This document shows, in pieces, positions 25,509-32,000 of a stretch of 32,000 bases of DNA (position 1 is the stretch's first letter; each line of letters begins with the position of its first letter). The translations under genes were made by a program, and so were the position numbers. This DNA comes from Candidatus Saccharimonadota bacterium. GTDB taxonomy: Bacteria; Pseudomonadota; Alphaproteobacteria; CAJXXZ01; 1604HC. Under the pieces are notes generated by a model. It did no database searches and was not told the origin of the DNA. It saw nothing but the letters and a program-made list of their open reading frames with translations. Location of the stretch: NCBI RefSeq assembly GCF_008189525.1, contig NZ_CP043314.1, forward strand, positions 510,001 to 542,000, read 5' to 3'.

Positions 25509-25545
25509 ATTGACTTATTTCAATTTAAGAAGCATCATATCTTTT

Positions 25546-25857
25546 ATGAGTTATTGTGCAATTTTAGGAAAGAAAAAAATGCGTGGAAATAATGTTAGTC
25601 ACGCTAACAACAAAACAAAAAGAGATTTTCTAGGAAACATCCATGTATTAACTACAAAAAATCCTCTAATAGGAAAATTCAGATTAAAAGTGTCTGCCCA
25701 TGGAATGAGAACCATTGAGAAAAAAGGTGGAATAATTAATTTTCTAATCACATCAAAAAAAAGGAATCTAACTGAAGAATGCCAAAGATACAAAAAGAGA
25801 ATTATAAAATCAATGGAAAAAGCTGAACAAAAAGCTTCCGCAAGCACATCAAGCTAA
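25546..25857 (+). CDS. rpmB: 50S ribosomal protein L28
   Basis: MSYCAILGKKKMRGNNVSHANNKTKRDFLGNIH…LKVSAHGMRTIEKKGG matches alpha-type L28. The track ORF (25498) begins 16 codons earlier at an ATG contributed by the tandem repeat. I place the start at the ATG at 25546. Confidence 0.88.
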   Translation: MSYCAILGKKKMRGNNVSHANNKTKRDFLGNIHVLTTKNPLIGKFRLKVSAHGMRTIEKKGGIINFLITSKKRNLTEECQRYKKRIIKSMEKAEQKASASTSS

Positions 25858-26042
25858 AACAGCACAAACAATAAACATATAATAGGTATAAGCTTATGCG
25901 CTTAAATTTATATTCATATCTAATATCTATTCACACTTATTTAAATACATATATAAAATAAATTGAAATTATTATTTATTTGAATTAGGTTTATGAATAA
26001 ATGTAATTTTATATATTTCTTTTTACAAACTAGAAACAAGTG

Positions 26043-26082
26043 ATCAATCTACTTATATTTAAATCAATCGATTTATATTTAA
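26043..26082. repeat. 20-bp tandem duplication (ATCAATCTACTTATATTTAA / ATCAATCGATTTATATTTAA)
   Basis: Two adjacent units matching at 18 of 20 positions, in the convergent rpmB / EamA spacer. Confidence 0.75.
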
Positions 26083-26148
26083 CTACATTTATATATGCTT
26101 GTAATTAAATTTTATTATTTATTTTCGAGCCTATTAATACAATTCTAT

Positions 26149-27021
26149 TTAATACATTATACTTGCTGAAATAGCTATAATAAGGCTTCCTAGAATTTGA
26201 TTTAAAACCAAAGATTCTCCTAAAAAAACCCATCCTATAATAACAGAAAAGACTACTTTCAAATATTGAACAGAAGAATAAGATATTGGATCAAGCTTCT
26301 TGATAGACCATATAATTGCATAAGTATTCACAGCAGCTAAGGAACAAACTGAAACAACCCTCCATATATTTTCGTACAAGTATACAAAATCCATCAAAAT
26401 GAAATCATCTCTAAAAAACAAACCGTGCAAGTTCCATATAATAGAAAACATTGTAAGGTAAAAGTAGGAGTAGAACAACACAACCTCAGGCGCATCTTTG
26501 TTATGGCTTTTTTTCATCAAAATCATGCTAATAGCAGACAAAACATTAGCTAATAAAAGAATTACACTATAAAACGTATTAATGGATAGATCAAATGGAT
26601 ATAAAGTAACAAGAACACCAATATATCCAAACAATATACCTAAAACTTTTTGGTAAGAAATTTTATTTCTAAAAAAAGCCCAAGAAAAAATGAATATGAA
26701 AATCGGTTCAGTCATTCCCAAAGCGCTAGATGTTACAAACGGGATATTTCTATACCCTTCGTACGTCATTATCATGGATGAAAATAACACTATAGCTCTC
26801 AAAAAATGCAATTTGTTTATTTTTGTTTTAATAGATTTAACTTTCAAAAACATTGGAATAAAAAATAATGAAGATATCAAAAGTCTTATCAGCATAAACT
26901 GCTCTGTTGGAATTTTATCTCTGGAAATTGTTTTCATTATAGAAAACAACAAAGATGAAGCTACCACAGACATCAGGGGATATGACAATAGCTTTATTCT
27001 AGATTTTATTTTCTCGTACAT
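26149..27021 (-). CDS. EamA/DMT-family permease (10-TM drug/metabolite transporter superfamily)
   Basis: 290 aa, hydrophobic throughout, with a two-halves architecture typical of EamA proteins. ATG at 27021. The substrate cannot be read from the sequence. Rickettsial SAM transporters belong to this family, but assigning that function here would be inference only. Confidence 0.6.
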   Translation of the reverse strand: MYEKIKSRIKLLSYPLMSVVASSLLFSIMKTISRDKIPTEQFMLIRLLISSLFFIPMFLKVKSIKTKINKLHFLRAIVLFSSMIMTYEGYRNIPFVTSSALGMTEPIFIFIFSWAFFRNKISYQKVLGILFGYIGVLVTLYPFDLSINTFYSVILLLANVLSAISMILMKKSHNKDAPEVVLFYSYFYLTMFSIIWNLHGLFFRDDFILMDFVYLYENIWRVVSVCSLAAVNTYAIIWSIKKLDPISYSSVQYLKVVFSVIIGWVFLGESLVLNQILGSLIIAISASIMY

Positions 27022-27095
27022 AATCCTTCTTTCACTACCAGCCCCTCATTATACAGGCAAGCACCACATATTCAAGTAACATAATTTAAAAACCA

Positions 27096-28925
27096 TTAAG
27101 AAGCACAATTTTTAGTTGAAAGTTTTTTAAATTTATCACATAAATTAAATTTATCTTGACAAAGGAGTATAACTCCAGAGTTCTTCAAGTTCTCTTTAAG
27201 CTTACAAAATACATACTCTTTGTCTGCAGATGAAAGTCCAGAACCAAACTCATCCCATATGACCCAATCTGGCTGTTCAGATATCAATGCAGCAGCTATA
27301 TGCTTATGCTCTTCTCCTTTTGAGTAGCAATTTTCAGACAACCCCATTTTTTCTCTGCCATAACTATAATCTGAAATTCCATCTAAGTAATCTGAGTTTG
27401 CACTAATCAAAACCCTTATTTTTCCTTTGAAAGACATATATCCTTCTGCTTCATAAACTGTGCTAATTATCTTTGCAAAAGTAGTCTTTCCAGAACCAGA
27501 TTTTCCGTACAAGCAAACAAATTCTTTTTTAGAGACATTAAGACAGAATTCATCAAAAATTTTCCTGCCAGAGAAAAGCTTTAAACCCTGCTTATATTCT
27601 AAAAATGAATTCAATGGCTTATTAGAACCATCCTTACGTAGTAGGCTCTCAACGCATTCTTTATTTATTTTTCTGTACTTATCTACAGAACTACCTTTAC
27701 TTGATGTGATTGCGCTTTCCTGATTCCTAAAACCCATACTATTTCTTAAGAGGTCTAAGTTATCTTGATAATCTGGGGAAAATGCATCTATTCTTATGTG
27801 CATCTCAGAATCACTTATAGGCACATTACCGAGACCAGCATCATCTTCTGTATTATAAACTTTTATTACATTTGTATCTAAATAAAATGCCATCAAATAA
27901 GATTTTAATCTTCTATACCCAACTATACATTGAGAAAACTTATCAAAATTATTCACGAAAAATAAGAAACTAAATTGCAACATTGTTATTGCATTTATTG
28001 TTCTCATTATTTCTCCATAATTATCTTTCCTAAAGAAAGGAATAAATAAGTAAGGTAAAATTGTTCCTATGTTATCTATATTTTTCCTTGTTAAAATAGA
28101 TTTAGTTTTTTGTAAAATAAATTTCTTATAATTCTCCTTCAGATTATGAAATATTATATATATTTTCTTCTTCCTGAAGTTGTACAATCCATCTAACCTA
28201 TTGTGTAAGTTATGTGTCTTCTCTCTTAGGTCTGCTTCATATGACTCATTAAGATCTCCGTAATAATTTAGCTTTTTCATTAAAATTGATAACATTTTAG
28301 AAAAAAATAAATGACAAATAACTATCGAAATAATTAGGAAAATACTTTTATTAATTAAATCAAACAAAATAAACATAAACACAACCAAAAAGAGAATGTT
28401 TAAAGTAAGATCTATAGCTAGGTTCATAAACAAAGTTGTGAATTCTTCACTATCTTGTGATATTTTTTGACTAGCGTATTCTACATTTTTAAAATTCAAT
28501 GGAGACATTTTTCTTATAGAGTTTATAACTATACTTTCTCTCCAGTTCAATGAGAGCCTCATTTTAGAAAACTCTATTGAGCTAAGAATCGTATCACTAG
28601 AAAGGCTATAGAATAAATACCAAAATATATATTTATAAATATTTGTAGAAGAACCGCTTCCTAATATGCTATAGAAACCTAAATACCATTCATTTAGCAG
28701 CTTTCTAATATATATGTATAGAAATATACATATCAAATTAGCAAGCAAAGTAAATAAAACTTTCTTTTTTAAGAAAAACTTCAATATAGTTTTATTTATC
28801 TCAGAATCTACTGTTCTTTTCGATCTCTTATCTAATTTCTTTGGTTCTTTACCCAAATTCGATTTACCAATAAACTTAAAATAAACACTATTAAAAATAT
28901 TTTTAAAAAATAACAAAATTTTCAC
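27096..28925 (-). CDS. Divergent ABC half-transporter with an SbmA/BacA(ABCD)-like membrane domain fused to an ATPase
   Basis: 609 aa. The membrane-domain motif LSLNWRES…YASQKISQDSEEF resembles the W-R…(A/N)xxQRIxxD motif of SbmA/BacA/ABCD proteins. Walker A is LYGKSGSGKTTF. The signature is the variant YSKGEEHKHI. Walker B is WVIWDEFGSGLS. Apparent GTG start 10 nt after the gltX stop. Confidence 0.7.
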   Translation of the reverse strand: MKILLFFKNIFNSVYFKFIGKSNLGKEPKKLDKRSKRTVDSEINKTILKFFLKKKVLFTLLANLICIFLYIYIRKLLNEWYLGFYSILGSGSSTNIYKYIFWYLFYSLSSDTILSSIEFSKMRLSLNWRESIVINSIRKMSPLNFKNVEYASQKISQDSEEFTTLFMNLAIDLTLNILFLVVFMFILFDLINKSIFLIISIVICHLFFSKMLSILMKKLNYYGDLNESYEADLREKTHNLHNRLDGLYNFRKKKIYIIFHNLKENYKKFILQKTKSILTRKNIDNIGTILPYLFIPFFRKDNYGEIMRTINAITMLQFSFLFFVNNFDKFSQCIVGYRRLKSYLMAFYLDTNVIKVYNTEDDAGLGNVPISDSEMHIRIDAFSPDYQDNLDLLRNSMGFRNQESAITSSKGSSVDKYRKINKECVESLLRKDGSNKPLNSFLEYKQGLKLFSGRKIFDEFCLNVSKKEFVCLYGKSGSGKTTFAKIISTVYEAEGYMSFKGKIRVLISANSDYLDGISDYSYGREKMGLSENCYSKGEEHKHIAAALISEQPDWVIWDEFGSGLSSADKEYVFCKLKENLKNSGVILLCQDKFNLCDKFKKLSTKNCAS

Positions 28926-28935
28926 TTTAACTCAA

Positions 28936-30456
28936 TCAAATATTTTTTCTTTGTATTTCTATATTGTCAGACATAGTTAAAAAATTACTTACCCTAGACT
29001 TAGAAAGTTCAGGTCCTAATATACTCATAATATGGAATATACTTGGAGAAACCTGACTTCCTGTAAAGGCATATCGTATTGCATGAGCTACTTCCTTGAG
29101 CTTTAATCCAGATTCTTTTATCTCTCTTCTTAAGCCCTCTTCATCAAAAGCATTCCAATTCTGTAAGAATCTATGCACTTCTTCTGACATGCTTATCGTT
29201 TCTTTTTTGTAGATTGGCAAATTGTACCCAAAGTAATTTACACACATTTCTTTTAATTCTTGTACAGTTTTAGATCTAATTTTTAATTCTGAAATAGCAT
29301 TTTTAATCATCAACCAATTCTTAGGAACAATACCACTCTTCTCTTTGTCATTTAAGTAATCTTTTATTAAATCCACTAACTTATCATCATCTGATTTTTT
29401 AATGTAATGCGAATTTATATGCAAAAGCTTATCCATGTTTAATCTGGCTGGAGACTTACCTATCCCATTCAAAGAAAACCATTCTATAGCTTGCTCTACA
29501 CTTATTATCTCATCATTTCCATGACTCCACCCTAGTCTAATCAAGTAATTAAACATTGCCTCAGGAAGTATTCCCATCCTTTTGTAATCATTTATATCTA
29601 CTGCTGAATTTCTCTTAGAAAGCTTTTTTCCATCTTCATCATGTATCAAAGGTATATGAGAGTATTTTGGTATATCCCATTGCATAGATTTATATATTTC
29701 ATTTTGGGAAAACGTATTTATGAGATGATCATCCCCTCTTACAACATTAGTTATTCCCATTTTATGATCATCTATAACACAAGCAAATAAATATGTAGGA
29801 GTCATATCTTCTCTTAAAATCACAAAATCATATAGCTCTTCATAATTAACTTCTACTTTACCTCTTACAGAATCATTTAATATCGCTTTTCCAGAAACAG
29901 GCATCTTAAATCTAATTACATATTTTCTTGATTCCTTGGGGCTAGATTCTATTTCTTTACAATCTCTCCACTTTCTTAGTAAAGATTTATCACCTGTTTT
30001 TGAAATTTCTTCAACTTCAGATTTGGATAAATAACATTTATACGCTAAACCTTTTTCTAATAGCTCATGTGCTATTTTGATATGAATTTCTTTCTGCTTA
30101 GATTGGAAAAAAATCTCTCCATCAAAATCTAAACCTAACCAAGACAAACCTTCTAATATAGCTTTGATGTATTTTTCATCTGATCTCTGAATATCAGTAT
30201 CTTCTATTCTTAACAAAAAATTGCTTTTATAACTCTTATTTGTATTTTCATTTATTTCATTGAAATTATTAGATTCCAAATCCAATCTATTCTTATTATT
30301 TATCTCAAATGAATTGCTGATTTCTTTATTTCCATTTATTTCTTTTAAAATGCTGGCTTTCACAATCAACCAATTAAAAATAGCAGTTCTCACTCCGCCT
30401 ATATGTAAGAATCCAGTCGGAGATGGGGCAAATCTAGTTACAATTTTCACTAACAA
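28936..30456 (-). CDS. gltX: Glutamyl-tRNA synthetase carrying an insert of about 41 aa after the HIGH region
   Basis: TRFAPSPTGFLHIGGVRTAIFNW (HIGH), LLRIEDTD and GKKLSKRNSA (KMSKS) motifs. The start is TTG at 30456 or GTG at 30450. Confidence 0.93.
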   Translation of the reverse strand: MLVKIVTRFAPSPTGFLHIGGVRTAIFNWLIVKASILKEINGNKEISNSFEINNKNRLDLESNNFNEINENTNKSYKSNFLLRIEDTDIQRSDEKYIKAILEGLSWLGLDFDGEIFFQSKQKEIHIKIAHELLEKGLAYKCYLSKSEVEEISKTGDKSLLRKWRDCKEIESSPKESRKYVIRFKMPVSGKAILNDSVRGKVEVNYEELYDFVILREDMTPTYLFACVIDDHKMGITNVVRGDDHLINTFSQNEIYKSMQWDIPKYSHIPLIHDEDGKKLSKRNSAVDINDYKRMGILPEAMFNYLIRLGWSHGNDEIISVEQAIEWFSLNGIGKSPARLNMDKLLHINSHYIKKSDDDKLVDLIKDYLNDKEKSGIVPKNWLMIKNAISELKIRSKTVQELKEMCVNYFGYNLPIYKKETISMSEEVHRFLQNWNAFDEEGLRREIKESGLKLKEVAHAIRYAFTGSQVSPSIFHIMSILGPELSKSRVSNFLTMSDNIEIQRKNI

Positions 30457-30581
30457 AAAGTAACATAAATATAAGAAAATTTACATGATAATTATGTCTT
30501 GTAAACAAAATATATACACTATAAAAAATTTATATAAACTTAAACAATCCTTATTTACTTTATTATTTACTAAAGCAAATT

Positions 30582-32000
30582 CTACCTTTTGAGAATATCT
30601 ATAACATTATGATTTTTTTTCTCGCTCAAGCTCAGTATTAAATCGTAATATCTATTTTCTAAAATATCCTTTGCTATTTCTTTAGAATTAAACATCCAGA
30701 AAGTTCTTTTGTATTTCTCATCTTTGACACTGATCATAATATGATTTCCTCTTTCCATAACTGATAACATCAATACATTAGACAATATAATTTTAGGGTA
30801 TGGATTTCCCATTCCAAAAGGAGTAATCTTTGAAACATTTGTCATATTCAATCCATTTAAATTCAGAAATGCATCTATATTAATTATTTTCTCAGGAACA
30901 AGGTTCATTTTATGTATTTTCTGATTAATCCAATTTTTCCATTCTGAAAATTTTTCATCATTTACAGCAACACCACCAGCCATATCATGACCTCCTCCAG
31001 AAGTTGCCAATCCATTAAGTACAGATTCATGAATCACAGCACCTATATTACAACCCTTAACAGATCTTGCAGATCCTTTCCATTCATTTCCTATTTTATA
31101 AAAAACAAACACAGGCACATTCTCTTTTTCTTTTATTCTCCCAGCAATAATACCAACCAGACCAGGGTGCCAATCCTTATCTCTAACTATAACTACAGAC
31201 TGAGACTCATTATCAGATTTTTGTTTGCTATCTACATTAGGTTCGTTATTAGCATCATCTCTCTCTGGTATCTTTTCTTCTTCTGAGTCTCTTTGTTTAT
31301 CAGGTTCTAAATTATTATTTATATCCATGAACTTTATTTCTTTATGAATTTCTTTATAAACTTTAACCAATGCTTCGTCTAAAGCTTTCTTTTCCATTTC
31401 TTTTCTTTTTGTATTTAAAGATATTAATGATTTAGATAATCTCTCAGCTTCTACACTATCCTTAGTAAACAAAAGATCTACAGCCAATCCCGAAGAATGT
31501 ATTCTTCCTGCTGCATTTATACATGGACATATATAAAATGCCACATCTCCAGCTGCTATATTGCCTAATCCTAAATTATCTATAAGAGAACGTAAACCTA
31601 TTCGTTTGGTTAGAGAAACAATTTGCAAACCATACCTTACGTAAGCCCTATTCAAACCTGATAACTTCATGCAGTCTCCTATTGTTCCCAAAGCAACTAA
31701 GTCCATAAAGACTTTCGGAGAAATGTTTTGTCTAACCTTTTTTCTTTCTTCTATCATTTCTGATATTTTATAAATAAATATAAAACATAACCCTGCTGTA
31801 CATAAATTCTTGTATTCTTCCTGTGTTCTAATATCAGAATCAGCTCTGTTAGGGTTTACAAACGCATATACGTTCGGGTCATTTGCAGTTTGATGATGAT
31901 CTATTATACAAATATCTTTTTTACTATTATTTGCTGTGTTTTTTTGTATTCCATAAAAATCCTGACTACTTCCACAATCAAGTATTAAAAACAAAGAACA
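30582..32000 (-). CDS. recJ: Single-stranded-DNA-specific exonuclease RecJ. C-terminal roughly 470 codons; the N-terminus runs off the right edge.
   Basis: DHH-family motifs IIDHHQT, GTIGDCM and GGGHDMAGG. The reading frame stays open upstream of the track's TTG at 31994, and the first DHH motif is missing, so the gene continues beyond the window. Confidence 0.88.
   Translation of the reverse strand, partial: CSLFLILDCGSSQDFYGIQKNTANNSKKDICIIDHHQTANDPNVYAFVNPNRADSDIRTQEEYKNLCTAGLCFIFIYKISEMIEERKKVRQNISPKVFMDLVALGTIGDCMKLSGLNRAYVRYGLQIVSLTKRIGLRSLIDNLGLGNIAAGDVAFYICPCINAAGRIHSSGLAVDLLFTKDSVEAERLSKSLISLNTKRKEMEKKALDEALVKVYKEIHKEIKFMDINNNLEPDKQRDSEEEKIPERDDANNEPNVDSKQKSDNESQSVVIVRDKDWHPGLVGIIAGRIKEKENVPVFVFYKIGNEWKGSARSVKGCNIGAVIHESVLNGLATSGGGHDMAGGVAVNDEKFSEWKNWINQKIHKMNLVPEKIINIDAFLNLNGLNMTNVSKITPFGMGNPYPKIILSNVLMLSVMERGNHIMISVKDEKYKRTFWMFNSKEIAKDILENRYYDLILSLSEKKNHNVIDILKR

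Noticed and set aside
25498-25545. 16-codon N-terminal extension of rpmB implied by the track ORF (MEILLTYFNLRSIISF…)
   Set aside because: The ATG at 25498 is supplied by the third copy of the 21-bp tandem repeat. The conserved L28 sequence starts at MSYCAILGKK (25546), so the extension is most likely not part of the mature gene.
1-32000. Searched by eye for CRISPR arrays, IS/transposase or integrase genes, phage genes, toxin-antitoxin pairs, rRNA, tmRNA and RNase P RNA
   Set aside because: I saw no regularly spaced repeats of 25 bp or more with unique spacers. No ORFs carry transposase, integrase or phage motifs. No GC-rich structured segment in any spacer looks like a known ncRNA. Small ORFs under 60 aa were not systematically examined, so short toxins or peptides cannot be excluded.

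Overview
This is a visibly AT-rich window (base composition not computed). By my coordinates it is about 88% coding and reads as the chromosome of a reduced, probably obligate-intracellular alphaproteobacterium of Rickettsiales type. The taxonomic call is inference and rests on four things: thyX rather than thyA, an alpha-type L28 (GNNVSHANNKTKR), a tRNA-His with encoded G-1:C73, and many ProP/AmpG/EamA/ABC transporters. I support 24 protein genes and 3 tRNAs.

In order, the genes are: a ProP-like MFS transporter (partial), a divergent ABC half-transporter, cdsA, uppS, tRNA-Glu(CUC), two large ORFan proteins, miaA, trmB, tRNA-Ile(UAU), murF-mraY-murD, thyX, ampG-like, gmk, tRNA-His, rplY, pth, secA, a CPA2 antiporter, holC, rpmB, an EamA/DMT permease, a second divergent ABC half-transporter, gltX and recJ (partial). 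The genetic code looks standard: TGG encodes Trp, and TGA ends one CDS. Several genes appear to use TTG or GTG starts. I saw no IS element, integrase, phage gene, CRISPR array or rRNA.

The only clearly non-housekeeping content is the operon at 5410-9011. It encodes two large, hydrophilic, coiled-coil-type proteins with signal-peptide-like N-termini and no family I can recognise. The two genes are translationally coupled (ATGA overlap plus the strongest Shine-Dalgarno in the window). The second protein carries a cysteine motif with the exact spacing of a eukaryotic saposin-A-type domain.

Other points worth a second look:
- A tRNA-Ile with a UAU anticodon.
- A GAG-specific tRNA-Glu in an AT-rich genome.
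- N/K/S/E-rich insertions inside conserved enzymes (MurD, GltX, Pth, RecJ, the ABC nucleotide-binding domains).
- Two paralogous SbmA/BacA-like ABC proteins with a shared variant signature motif and no switch histidine.
- Recurrent short tandem duplications in the spacers, including a 21-bp repeat that places in-frame mini-ORFs in front of rpmB.

All homology calls come from motif recognition by eye and from memory. No database search was run.
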